Shown here: in pieces, positions 11,491 through 24,334 of the stretch
Layout: each line of letters starts with the position of its first letter
Numbering within the stretch: the stretch's first letter is position 1
Source of the DNA: Amoebophrya sp. A120
Taxonomy: Eukaryota; Protista; Dinoflagellata
DNA length: 64,000 bases
Direction: 5' to 3'
NCBI GenBank assembly: GCA_905178155.1
Contig: CAJINV010000002.1
Span: 10,524,709 to 10,588,708, forward strand
Program-made: the position numbers and the translations under genes
Notes under the pieces: generated by a model
The model's input: only the letters and a program-made list of their open reading frames with translations
Database searches by the model: none
What the model was told of the DNA's origin: nothing

Positions 11491-14400
11491 TCACCGGCCG
11501 ACGCTCAAGATTTCTTCAACCCTCTTGCCGTACAGTGCGGCAAACTGTTCGGACCAGGAGTGACCCAGCCGACCAAACGCCAACGCCAGAACAATGATTT
11601 CGCGGGCTTGCAGCTGCGGCAGCCGCTCCATCGCTTTCATCTCCCACACCTGCAGAAACTTCGTTTGTTTTGAGGACGCAACCTCTCTGCCAATCTTGTC
11701 ACCCTCACCGGAAGCTGGAGATTTCCCCTCATAGTGGTCGCTGGTACCCATAGCACCGTCATCCGCGGAGGGTGCAAACTGTGCGACTGCGGGCGCGGGG
11801 AGTACGACCTCCGCTTGCAGGTCCGCGAGCTGCACAAGGACCTCGACCAGAAACTCCCCCGGGCACTGCTCCATACTGAACAAGCAAGCGGTTTCCCACG
11901 CGTGCAAAAAGGACGCGAGACGGCCAGCGACGGGCCTAGACACGGCGCCATTGGTCGACGTTTTCGTTTTTCGTACGAGGAGCACCTTCACAGACCGCAG
12001 CACGCTCTCGAGCTGCGCGAGCTTGTTCGCGTGCTCTTCTTCGGTTGCCGTGGTGGTCTCGAGCGTGGCCAGGTCCGACGCCAGGTGGTCCAACACTGCG
12101 ACCAGGAATCCATCGCTCGGGATGTGCTGGAGAGAAGCGAACAGTCGCAAGGCTTCGGCGCGCTGACCGAGCAGGTCCGTCGTTGTTGTGGAGATCAACT
12201 TCTGGCCTGTGTCTGTCCGCGGTGCTGTTGTCTCGAGGTCGCCAGATTGTTGTTCGACACCAAAAACTGATCCAGTGCCGCCGAGAACCCCTTCGCAGTG
12301 TACGAGAAAATCGTTTTTGACGACACTTCCCGCTTTGCTTTGCGCATTGTTCCCAGCCGGGGCGCCGCCCCTGAGGCGCTGCCTTGCCTCCAGCAACAGT
12401 CGTTGCCGATTCTGTGTCGCGTTCCAACTGGTCTCCGTGAAGTTATCAAAAGGAAAAATCCCCCCTCCCCATATCGAAACGAAATTTCTGATGCTGGATT
12501 TGCGTACACAAATCAGGTCTCTCTTGCTGGGGATGACTGCAGGCATATATCAAGCCTGGGTCGAGAGGTTTTGACGTAGGGGACTAGCATGACAGACGTC
12601 GGCCCTGTAAGCCCAACAGCATCACAAACCGCCTGCATAATGCGGCGGACTCTCTGGCTTTGCCTTCTTGCAAGACTGACAGGATTTGTGACCTCAAATC
12701 TGCATCACAAATTTGCAGACGAATGCGTTTTCAATATGGGGAGGGGGGATTTTTCCTCACAATAGAAGTCTTTACGACATCGCTGCAGGATTCGCTCCAT
12801 GTGCAGGACAAAGCTCGTGTAGATTTCTAGCAGCGCGAGCAGTTTCTCCGCACAGTGCTGGGCCTCTGACTGTAGTATTTCGTCCTCGAAAGCGAGCGCC
12901 AGCTGCTGCAATTGCTGCAACGCCTCGTCGTCAATCTTCACCTCGCTTTTTCGTCTGGCGTGCTGCTCCTCGGCCGGTATGATCCTGTTCGCGTTAATCT
13001 TATCTAGACCTGATTCTTCTTTTCTCTCTGCTTTTTTCTGACTGGCGTCCTCCCTGTCGTCTTCTTCCTCTAGCTTCAGCAAATGCTCCATGGCCTCCGC
13101 GACTTCAGCAAATCGTTGCCTCCACACGTGGAAGAGCTCGCCCTCGCTTCGTTTCCACATCTCGAGCTCGGCTGACTTCCCACTGTTGACAGCTTGTCTG
13201 CTTTTCGCCCCGGCGCCCGCGCTCCAGAACCGATGAAAAGCAAACACCAAATGCGGAATGCCCGCTGGGTGCAGACCCTGCGTCAGGATGCGCAAAAACT
13301 CTAACTCCATCAGGTCGATGATGTCCGGTGTGAAAAGCGCGAGATCGCACATCACCGAAAGCGCGTACACCGAGTTCGCGAATTGTTCCGGCGACATCAA
13401 CAGAAAGGCCTGCAGGGAACCCGCTTCCTCCGCAGCAGCGGCGTTCTGCTGCTGCATTCGTCTGGTTGCTTCCGTGTGCTGGCGCAGGAGGGTGTGGAAA
13501 TGCCCGACCAGCTTGTTCAAAAAGGGTCTCGATGGTCGCATGCGAAACTTTCGGAAGAGAAACGCCAGCGAAAGCACGCTGTTGGAAAACGCATGGCTGT
13601 CAAAACTTTGCAGAAGAACCTGGGTAGTTCCTGCTGCTGTACCTCCGGGACTCGCTGTGTCGCTCTTGCCTACAGCGCTTGTTTCCGTCGAAAACTCCTG
13701 CAGGATGCGAAGTTGCAGGTCGTTCGCTTCTTGTACAGCACCAGTATTCTCTTCCGCCGTTCTTGGTCCAAGAACTAAAGCCTCCTGCCACTGCTCAAAG
13801 AACGCAGTGCTCGGCCGCACCCCGGTCGTAGCGTAAAGGTGCAGAACATTGGCCAGATCTACGGCAGTGAAGTCGCCCCGGCCCATGCACTTCCCCGCGC
13901 TTTTCTCCCATTCATCGAGGAACCTTGGGCCCAAAATCATCTTTTTGAGTTGCGGCAGGCTGCGGATGTAGTTTGGTGCCACCGGCTGGTCACTAGTACC
14001 GCTCGGCGAATCCTTACTAGGCAGCGACGCCTGCTCGTCCGACAAAGCAGAAATACTGGACGACGTCGCGGCCTGTGCATCCATCAACTTCCCGAGTGCA
14101 GTTTGATTGTTCAAAATTTCTTCCTTCAACAAGTACTGCAGCTTCAACAAGTCCTTGGCGGACAGCGATGGCAGCAAGGGGATGCAACGACTCTGCCAGT
14201 CCTCTATGTAATTGAGAAACGCGGTGAGGCTCTTGCACTCGCACACCTCCGCCAGCCGCGAATCGCGGATGTAGCGACTCGCGTACGCGACGAAAAGCGC
14301 TCTACCGGTCGTGTCCTCTTGGTCACCCGCCCCACTTCGTGGCTTCGCCTCACTTGACGGTCCAAAGCACGACCACGAGGAACCATCATTCTGGCTCGCT

Positions 14401-14915
14401 GTTTCCGCAGCCGCGATGATTGCCTTCTGTTCCTCTGGTGTCAGGGGATCCGGATTCGACGATACTTCCTCGAACCAAGAGTGGTGGACTGAGTCTTCTC
14501 CCTTCAGTCGCTCGGCGAAGATGAACAGCTCCAGTCCGACCGTTTCTTTTTGCACCGTCCCGCTACTGGGGCTTGTTGTTGATGACGAGTGACGCAGGTC
14601 ATTCGCATTGTGATTGTCCTTCAAAAACGCAGGTACGGCGCGATGAAACCCTGCTGCTGCACGACCGCGTTGAAGCTGCACCCAGCTTGTCGCGGCCCGA
14701 TCAGTTCTTTCAGACAGCTGCTTGCGTGCTGAGCAGGTTTCCGCAGGAAAAATAAACGGGGCGATTCGCGGCAAATGAACGGTCGCAGTGTGGAGGCTCC
14801 GCCTTGCATGGTACTCCACAAGTGTTACAGAACGGAAAATTCCTGCTTGTCTTGACTGACGCAGTGACGTGTTCAACAGCCTCGAACGCAGACTTCTGGT
14901 GACCGGTACAAGCAT
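11491..14915 (-). CDS. Helical-repeat (HPR/OPR/FASTK-like) protein with probable mitochondrial transit peptide; 2 exons separated by a non-canonical introner
   Basis: ORFs 12705..14915 and 11491..12546 fuse in frame (RKDF/TETSW) on removal of 326 nt. Repeated motifs FTAVDLANVLHLYA, FDSHAFSNSVLSLA, MSPEQFANSVYALS, LQAREIIVLALAFGRL. R/S/L-rich, acid-poor N-terminus. Confidence 0.65.
12444..12764. mobile_element. Introner/MITE-like element 1 (321 bp), TAT...ATA termini, 5-bp direct repeat GAAGT
   Basis: Perfect 24-bp inverted repeat AGGAAAAATCCCCCCTCCCCATAT starting 7 nt inside each end. GAAGT at 12439-12443 and 12765-12769. Removal restores the frame. Confidence 0.92.
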
Positions 14916-15184
14916 CCTCGACTTTTCTGCATTTTTGCGTCACGTATTAGTAGCCGCCTAGTTAGTTTTGATGGCTGTTCAATCTTCCGAACGACCCAGC
15001 TGTAAGTATGCGCAACAAAGAAACTGCCTGCATCTTTACGCTCGTATGTAAGTCTAGTCTCTTCAGAGCCATCGCCCGCACCAAATCATCAGCTCATGTC
15101 TCTCTGCGGCCTTCTCGTCCTTGCCGTGTCCAGAATTCTCCTTGTTGTGAATTCGGTATGCATGCTGGTGTTCGACGTCATCTC

Positions 15185-17992
15185 CTACTCCACTTTATAC
15201 CAATGATTTCCAGAACAACAGCAGGTGACTCTAGTTCTCGAGCTCGTTTGCCCAAGTGTCCTTCTTTGAAGCAGTGTAGCTTCTTGACCATTGCGATCAC
15301 GTATTATAACGAAGAAGTACTGGTGCAAAAGCAGCGAAGTGGGTACATCAGAAGTAGTAGTGATTCCCAGCAAGTAGGGGAGAAAAATTTTATGGTTATT
15401 CCAAGTCTTTCCCACGAGCGCCTTCCATGTATTCCAACCTCTTTCCCGCACCAGCAAGCAGCATGGTCTGTTCGTCCTGCATGCTGTACCCCGCGCTGCT
15501 GCGAGGCTCCTGCTTGTTGCCTCCCTCCTCTGTCCCTGATTGCACTGCGAAGTTATCAACATGCAAACAAGCGCTTCAGCCCCAGACTTGGTACTGCCTA
15601 GTTTGTATCTGCATATGTACAAACGCAGTCCCTTTCTGCTGGCAGAGCACTTTTCAATTTGATAGGAGGTCGAGGCACTCCTGAGAACCTCCTTTTCGAG
15701 CTCCTCTAAGGTTTTCCCGGCAGTTTCCGAAAGGTAGAGGTAAATCAGCATCCCACCAACGAGCGCCACCCCGCCGAAGATACCAAACACGCCCCCCAAC
15801 CCGATCTCCTTCTCTAGTGGCAGAAACAGGGTGGTGACCAGACTGGTGCACAAAATGTTGACCAAAAACGCCTGGCCCGAGCACAGGGCGCGCACCGACG
15901 TGGGATACACTTCGGCGTTGTATACCCAGCACAACGGCGAAAGCCCGTATCCAAAAGCAAACAGGTATAGCTGGTTTTTTTTATTTGTACTTGCATCAAC
16001 AAACTATGCGACAGAGCCAAAGTAGAGCGAGGGCTCAAGACTACACAACAACTGGTACAAAATCAATGACTGCGGAACAAAAAATGGTGATCAGAACTAG
16101 TGCCGGTGTGCTCAGGAGTAGCTAGTCGAAGGGGAAGAACCCGACCCCGCTACGTAGCCGAAGTGAATAAAAAGTAGTGTATGAGTCCGTAAAAAGTAAG
16201 GTACCAGCAACGAGGAGATGGCGAGCATTCGGTAGTCTTCGGGCTCTCCCACCGAGGTGGCTATGCCTAGCACCATAAGAGACAGAAACACCAGGGCGCA
16301 GGATCGAAGTGCTATCTGGCGGCGCCCACCGGCAGAATCGATTTCGACCACAGCCAGCACAACGCCGCCGGCCTGGGTCACCGTGAGTGCGACGGTGGCC
16401 CAGATGGCCGTGCGGAGGCTAAAGCCCATCTCCTGAACGATGGTCGCGCCGAATAGCATGACCGTGTTGATGCCCGTCAATTGATTCATCACCGTGAGAC
16501 CGAGACCCGACTTCATCGCGGTGCGAAGCCGTTTGTAACCGGGCAGGGTCCAGAACCGGTACAGTGTCAAGACCGGGTGTTCCCGCGGGCCGCTGGCCGC
16601 CAGCTCAACCTCGCTCCGACCGCTGTCCACTTGTGGTGCCCCGAGAGGTTTTTTCGGCGTCAATATCACCGACCCTTGTGGATGTGGAGCCACCTCGCTG
16701 TCCTCATCCTTTTCGGCAAGAGCAGCTGCCTCGTGATCCCTGGACGCTCCTTCGCGTTTGTGATTGCTCTGTTGCCTCCGTTTGCTTAACCCCCCTGGCG
16801 TTCCGTTCTGCTCCGCGATTCTTTCTGACCGCGACCCTCCGTGCAGCAGGTACGCTCGCTCCTCGGCCTGCGCCGTGTGGATTGCCGCCAGCTCTCTGTC
16901 GTCGCCAAACAGCATCACGAGACTCCGCTTCGCTTCTTCGATGTTGCCCTGTAGCACCAACATGCGGGGCGACTCCGGAATAAAACCGAGGAAGATCAGG
17001 AGCAGGCAAACCACCGCGGGCGCGACGATAAAAGCGTAGGAGCACCGCCACGAGAGGTCGTGGTTATCGCGAAAAACCTCTTGAAGCACCGCGTTTACCA
17101 GGGCGGCGAGAATTTGCCCCACGACTATGAACAGATCCAGGTTAGCGATGGTGGAGCCCCGAGAGCTTGCGGGCGCACACTCAGACAGGTGCATCGGCAG
17201 AACGACGAAGATCAGGCCCGCGCCCACCCCGACAACCGCTCGGCCGACGATCAACGCTTCGAAATGGACCGCGATCACGCACAAAATCGTGCCGCTAATG
17301 TGCAACAGCATCCCCAGACAGAGAACTGGCCGGCGACCTGCAACGTCGTGGAAGATACTGTTATAAATTTAGCAGAGAAATGTTTTGGGGATTGATGGCA
17401 CTGGTCCTGGTGCATTTGCAAAACCCAAATCGCATTAGATTTTGACTTTCGGTCTGGCAGGTGGACGCCTGTCATTAGACCGCCTCGAGCGAAAGAAGCG
17501 CAGAGAAGCATACACAGGTCAAAGTAAAAAATCTTCAAAGAAAAGGAGCACAGCTAGAGCTAAGCCGGAAGGGAAGGCAGTTCTGGTTCTTGCGGGCTTA
17601 ATGTTGGACAAACCCTGATTAAAAATACCCCAATTCTGTAGGGTCGTGCTGAGGAGCATGGCGAAGGCCGACAGCATGGCGCAGATAGTTGTCGCGGCAA
17701 CCACCGCTGTCCTTTGAAAGGTGTCATCCTGCTTTGAAAATTTCAGCGATTCCGCCATGAAGTCGATCGTTCCGCTTACCACTGCCGTATCGTAGCCAGC
17801 CATGGCGGTTCCCGCACAGCCCACCGCAATCAAGTAGCGCTTGGTCAGGGTGGGAGGTGGGGGAACCAATGTACCTCCTGCAGAACCACCGACAGGGGCT
17901 CCTACATTCCCTTTTCTCCGTGCTGCAGGAGACCCGGCGGCCCCGACTGGGGCCAACTTTTCTTCATGGTACATTTCGTCCTGAGTCAGCAT
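15185..17992 (-). CDS. MFS sugar/inositol transporter; exons 17992-17629, 17337-16205, 15970-15185 (3' end uncertain)
   Basis: GYDTAVVSG, GRR, GRAVVGVGAG, LSECAPASSRG, PESPR, NQLTGINTV, WVYNAEVYPTSVR, ETAGKTLEE. GT-AG introns 17628-17338 and 16204-15971 join in frame. Confidence 0.92.
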
Positions 17993-19917
17993 TTTTTCAC
18001 GAGAGTGGCATCACAGAACAAACAGTTCGATGCTTTTCTGGTATGTCGTGCTTTCTGTCTCCTCGTAGAAATGAGTCGTATGTTTTGGATCGCCCCGCGG
18101 TCCAATCTATCTAATTCTGCATCGTCCAAGCAATCGGAAACTGCAACACATGATCCAAATGATACCTTTTCAAATATCTATCGCGTCGCTCTCCGCTGCC
18201 GCTTTGTTTCGTGTTTTTCTCTCCTCAACGATGTGAAAGCACAGGCACGAGACTTGCACGCAGTAAGCCCACGACTATCGATACAATTTTCCGCGGGCGC
18301 GACTTCATCAGTAAATGGTGCAAGCCTCGTTCTTGTTGTACAATTCATTATGTTTTATATTCAAACTCAAGAGCCCCGAGCCCGATTCTTCATGAACTCA
18401 AAACAATGGCAAGCAAAGAGTAATGGACACGGCATGGAATCTGCCCGTGTCAGAAGATGTGATGAGTAGATCCACGAAGGAACTACGGATTTTGTAGCCC
18501 ATAATTTACTCCATAACCATACCCATTCTGTTTCTCTAACAAATTGCATAGGATGTCAGCGTTTGCATGGCTAGCGCATCAAGATGAAACTAGGACTACA
18601 CGGGACGTCATTTTTTACATTAGAAGGAAAAATGAGAGGCGGAGGTACAGGTACAGAAAGTGTAGATAAGACTACTTGACGACAAGGGGGCTGCCGCTCG
18701 TAAATTTTTACTGAAACAAGTTACAGCAGAAGGATGAGAGAGAAGTATCACTTTCCGCGCAACTTTCAAATATGATTTTCATACAAGCACACAGTTTCTA
18801 TTACGGAGAGACGGAGAGCGAAACCGAAAGGGACTGCCACAGGGTCAATACAATAGAAACGGTTTGTACTACGCAGACAACAACCATAATGGGGATGTTT
18901 TTGTTTGCGACTGCGGGACTGTATTAACACGAATAAAAATAAAATTCGGAAACGAGAAGCAGAGCCAAATATTGAATGACTCCAGCACTGAATACTCTTT
19001 ACCCATCAACTAACTAGTCGCATATTTCCACGATCTGACTGTGGTTCGATCAAGACTGATAGGCGCGTCGAATCGTGCTGATTCATCGTTGAAGCACTAA
19101 GATACCAATTGAAAGCCCGAAGGAATAATCGAATTTGCAAGGGCACTTTCTTGTGCGTCGGTGTGTACTCAGCATGATACGTTTACGTACGCGTCAGAAA
19201 AAAAACGCTTTGCTACTTTTCAAAATACACATTCATTGTAGTCGAGAGAGAAGAACGAAAGTCGAGCCGTTGACAGTATTCCAACTCGTTACCTAAAAAT
19301 GGCTGTGAGAGCATCTGAAAAGAAGGACCGGGGTGTGAAGCGTGAGTCCTTCTACGTAGGGTCAAAACTTTCAAAATCAACGGTTTTTGTATGGGGTTAC
19401 GTACAACTGGGGAAATCAAAATCTTTATTCAAGATACATCATTTAACTCATGCGGTTTCATGCTACATTTAGTTTGAGGACAGTTTGTGTTTGGATTTGG
19501 TACAAAATATAGTTTTTCTACTTTTTTTGACGTTTGATAAATGCAACCTCGAAGTCGTGGAACTAGAGAAGGACAGACGTTGTAACTCTCACTGATACAT
19601 GAATAACTCGCGTGAGCTGCTAGCAGGTACTTCCAAAATTCCCAGCGAACAACATGGAAGCAAACTGCTCCTGCGTGTTCCGCGGATTTCGGCGAGCTTC
19701 CAGGTCGTCCAGAATTCGGCGTGGTACGAGCATAGATACAGACAGGCTCGGGATGTAGTAATCGAGCGCGACACTCAGTGGGCCCCTCCGCCCAACAGCC
19801 GACCTATGCGCAGCTACCGAAGTACTGGTGCATTTTGACGCAGCCTCGTACCGCTCCGAGTTGTATACGTACCTTGTTTAAATCAAAATGAAAACATAAA
19901 CATAAAGCAGAGACAAC

Positions 19918-20761
19918 TCACAGTAATAGCACTCGAAAAATCAAAATGTTTGTCGCTATTGAAAATTCCTTTGAAGAACAGGTTACCTTTGCTTCTGCGC
20001 GCGTGCGGAACGCCGACGCAAATTCGTCTTCTCCGGGCCGTCTACGCGTACCCGCAGGCACCAGCGATCGTCCGTCATATGAACATCCACAAAGTCGAGG
20101 ACTCAAACACGCGACCAGCATACCACCCCGCTATGCAGATACATATGATGCAGGTATGAAAGTGAAAAGACGGCTCCCAGGATCCCAAACCAATTGGTAT
20201 TTTAAACACATTCTAAAATCCCAGAGGGAAGCGTGTATGAATCTGGCCTTTTGCAGCGGCATATGTCTTCAAAAATGCATCTTCCAATTCGGATTTGGGC
20301 TGCTGGGCACTGTCACCATCTTGGTAGCTTGGGGCAGTCAGCAAGCTTTCTCGCGGCACTTTCGTCTCTGGTAATACCGGACTGCTAATTACTGTTCGTA
20401 TTTAATTTTTTGTTTGAGCGCATGCTTGAAAATGAACAGCCTCGACTCTGGTCCACCAGGCCGGCCAAAGAAAACAAGTAGGCACTATGCATCTATGCGT
20501 CCAATTTCTTCGTGTACTACATTAGATTTAAAATTCGGCAAAATGTGTGTACAGACAGGACTTACCTCTTCGCGGGAGTTCGGGTATCCTTTTGCTGGCG
20601 GTAGCCGGGCAGTTTTCCATGTCGACGACGGAAAAGTAGAAGCACAGGAAAAACGACAAGATAGCCGAGAGGTGGGTACAGCAGACCAACAGACTCGCGT
20701 GCGACTTCACGTGCTGCAACGCGCCAGCCATGGCGACGTCTTGGCGGGAAACTTTATCCAA
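19918..20761 (-). CDS. Possible small multi-exon hypothetical gene (model unresolved)
   Basis: Short minus-strand ORFs ending in donor-like sites (AG/GTAAGT near 20565, AG/GTAACC near 19985). No recognisable domain. Confidence 0.25.
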
Positions 20762-22032
20762 TTTAACCTCGCTGATTTCCTCCGGACGCGCACTAGGGGC
20801 CTACGCGTCGACGTCGGTAAAGAATGGAAAGAAAGTCGAATTCCCACTTCAGAAAATGAAACCAGAAACGACGGCCTCTCGACTGAAACGTTCGCAATAC
20901 CTTCTTTGAGTTTGACTTTGTTCTTCTAATTGTGCTGTTGTAAGCCTTTCATAGAAAACTACGGAAAACGAGAAGAAATATGAGGTCGACGAAGAATGAA
21001 CGATCAAACGACTCCTGCAGCTGCACACGCTCTAGCCATAGCATCACTATCAAGCGATCTTTCAGCTGCTCCGAAGGTAAAAAGCGAACTACTTAACGGT
21101 TCGTTATCAAGAAGGAAACAAACAGAGGACACATAAACGAATAGAGACGCACGATAAGTATTTACATGTGACACGAAATCAACACTCCTCGTCGATGTTC
21201 TTCAGACGACAACGATGCAACCACAACCCATTCGAATACTGGTCTATTAGTGACCTCAATGACTCTCCCGAATTATCCGCGAAAAAAAAAACGTCAGAAA
21301 TTCGACCAATTCGAGTTTCGAGGAACCAGTGCCGGGATCATCGTCATCGTTGAGGCTATCTGCAAGAGCAAACACTTAGCTGCAGAGACAAAAAAAAAAC
21401 GACCTCGATCATAGAACAATTTCATCCTCTGAGGCCGACAGCAGGTAAACCGCTACATGGAACAAAGAAGAACAACTACAACGACGAGGCAATACTTACC
21501 AGCACACACTCGCATCTGCGTACTCGCGGCGCATCTGGGAGCTCCAAAAGAAATGTTATGTGGTGTAGCCTTTTGCCGAGAGGTAAAGTAGTACTTATGT
21601 CAGTAACAAGTAAATGCAGCTTTGCCGAATTGCAAATTCAGACCGGCACTGGCAGCCCTCCGAGGACGGTGATAGATAATTATGGAAGAACAGCACATGA
21701 ACATGCGAGTAGTTTTCTTTAGATTTATATAGGTCAGCGGAAAACACTACATGCCGATGTATTAATCTTGACATTGCAACCGCAGCTCGTCTTACCCTCT
21801 TCTAGCATCTATTTTAGCACCAAGCTGCAGCTGCACCACTCATTTCTATCTGTACTGTTTTCTCGAACAAACAGACTGGTTTTACTATACTCAGTACGAC
21901 GTCGACGCGCGACCGCGATCAAGAAATCATAACATACGAAGCACGAGGATGCATTCTACCTCGTTCTGCTTCTACTACAGTCAAGATGTGCAAAAGAAGT
22001 TCAATGTGGACCTTGACGAGGCTCGGCCATTA

Positions 22033-24334
22033 TCATGCATCCGTGCCTTGTTTTGCGTTCTCTGCACCGAGCGCTAAGAACTTCTCCTCCTGCTCCATAA
22101 TGAACTGGAAGATTTTCTTGGCTAGCTCGGGTTGGTCCGAGTTCTTGTCTGGATGCCACTTCAACTTCAAAAACTTCATGGTTTTCTTCCGGCTATCCAT
22201 CGCCTCCGTCTTCTGTCTCCGAAAGTCCTGCGCGATGCTCGTGGTGATCCGCAGCACCTCCTCACCCTCGTTCGCCTCGGCCAGAAATTCTGTATCTGGG
22301 TCAATCGTCTCGCTGTTTGACCGCTTCCGCCCGTACGCCTTCCGCGCCCCCTTCGCGTTCCAAGCATTCGCGTTGAATTTCGGCCCGCCCTGCTCTTCCG
22401 CAGAGGACGACCTGCGGTTTTTCTCCGCGTTCATCCGCTGTCGGCCTCTGTCAGCACTGCTGTCGTCTTGCGTCGTTCGCTTTTGCTTCTTCTCCTCGTT
22501 TTCTTGCACCTTCCGCGCATGCTCCTTCGCCCGTCGCTCTTCAAATTCTTTCTCTCTGCGTTTTGCTATATCCTGCACAAAAGTATTGCAATCCAACATG
22601 ATCATAGCGCCACAATTGCGATATACTGCACTAGGCTAGTCTTCCCGTTTACAGTATTAATCATCATGCACTTTTTTTCGTCCTTGTTGACATCAGATGA
22701 ATGCGGTTGCTGTGTAATCCTCGATGGATCGATACTTTTGCAATGCATATCGAAGCTCCTCAAAGGATTCCTTGTCACGGTACGTCGCTCGTTCCTGCTT
22801 CGCACCACCGTTGATTAGATCATCTACCGGATCCTCAGGGGGAATCGTCGCGTTAGTCTCCCCCTTGCGGTACTTGTTCTTCGCTGTTGATTCTTCCTGG
22901 AAGGTCCCCGCAGGCGTGACCACCTTTCCATACGGCCGCTCCGCTTGTCGGCTTTGTTGTGCATCCCGGGCCATCCACAGCTTCCTGGCGAGGTATGCCA
23001 CCGCGGCGAGGCCAACGAAGACGAGGATGACGATCAGCGCGATCATGCCGCCGTCGCCGTCGTCTTCGTCGTCGGCTTCAGTGGCAGGGATTCCCCCGGC
23101 TGTTGGCGCGGGCGTCTTGGCCGTCGGCGTGCTGCCAGTGCCAGTGCCAGTGCCGGTAGTCGCTGTCGCCGCTGTTGTGAAGGTCAGCGTGATGTCGCTG
23201 GCCGGGGGATCGCCGCTTAGGTCCTGTACATCCATACGGTTCACTTCGAATCGGTATTGCGTGCTCGGCAACAAGGCACTGCTCAACGTCCACCAAATCA
23301 CAGTGATCACCCCGCCACCAATCCCGACACGGTTAGACATCGTATTGGTCAACGACTCGCTTTGCACCACCGAGTTTGCGAGGTAGAGTCGGGCAAAACC
23401 GCCAGTTGCCGTCACGCGCTCGTTGAAGGAGACTCGTATGACTAGACCAGTGTTTTGCACGTTGGTCGGATTAGCTGGATCGGGATTGGTCACTGTCCAG
23501 GTCGGTGCGTTGTTACCCACTGTTGGCGTTGGAGTTGGTGTGGGAGATGGCGCTCCTGTTGGAAAAATAAAATGAGCATTAACAGAGCAATGTGTTCATG
23601 GGATCATGGACCCTTTCGCTGCACCCACGCACAGTAATCGTGTGCAGTACGAAAGTGCAGTAATCCTCAGAACCACCTTCAAGCCGCGCATGAATCGCCA
23701 CACAATCACAAACCAAAACCGAGCCCTTGTTTTTCATGTTCATGTCTACGAAGGTAGCGCAAAACACATTAGGCACACCTGGTGATGGCGTCGGTGTGGG
23801 GCTAGGCACCGGAGCAGGAGCTCCACCTCCTACGACGAACTGTTTTGCCGTTTGGTACGTGGAATGGGTCGTAAAAGTGCCATGCGTCTTCCATTCCCCG
23901 CCATCTGCGTAGTTCAGGTGGTATCCCGAGGTGCACACGGTGTTTATCTGCGAAAAGCCCGAATCCACGCAAATATTGTTGTTCAGCTTCACGCAGTTGA
24001 TTTCTAAAGCCGAGGACAGCGTGACGCCAAAGTAAGAATTCGCAGCAGTGTATGGGCCACGGACAGTCGTTGCCTGAGACTCCACGGGGTCCTGCTGAGT
24101 GAGCTGCCCATTAAAGTCCACTTCCGTCATCGGATTGCTGGCCTGCGAGGCGTCGTAAACGGAGCTACTGCAGGCCGTGTCGGTGTACATTGCGAATTGG
24201 CAAAACTTCCACTCCGTCCCGGCAGGATTCAAACACACAAAACGCCACAGCCGTGCGGGGGCGGCGAGTACAGGGCCGGGCAATGCGAGCGAGACCAGAG
24301 CAGGTATGACCACGAACAGCATAGAGATAGGCAT
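22033..24334 (-). CDS. Type I membrane protein: signal peptide, Cys-containing ectodomain, PT linker, Ig-like (Big_5/SbsA-like) domain, TM helix, C-terminal J-domain; exons 24334-23779, 23555-22720, 22572-22033
   Basis: Signal MPISMLFVVIPALVSLALP. Ig-like PTWTVTNP...IRVSFNERV...LLPSTQYRFEV...VQDLSG...LTFTT. TM IALIVILVFVGLAAVAYLA. J-domain LKWHPDKN. One GT-AG intron and one inferred GA-AG intron. Confidence 0.7.

Noticed and set aside
20140-20270. TATG...CATA pair as a possible eighth introner
   Set aside because: No convincing inverted repeat and no 5-bp duplication.
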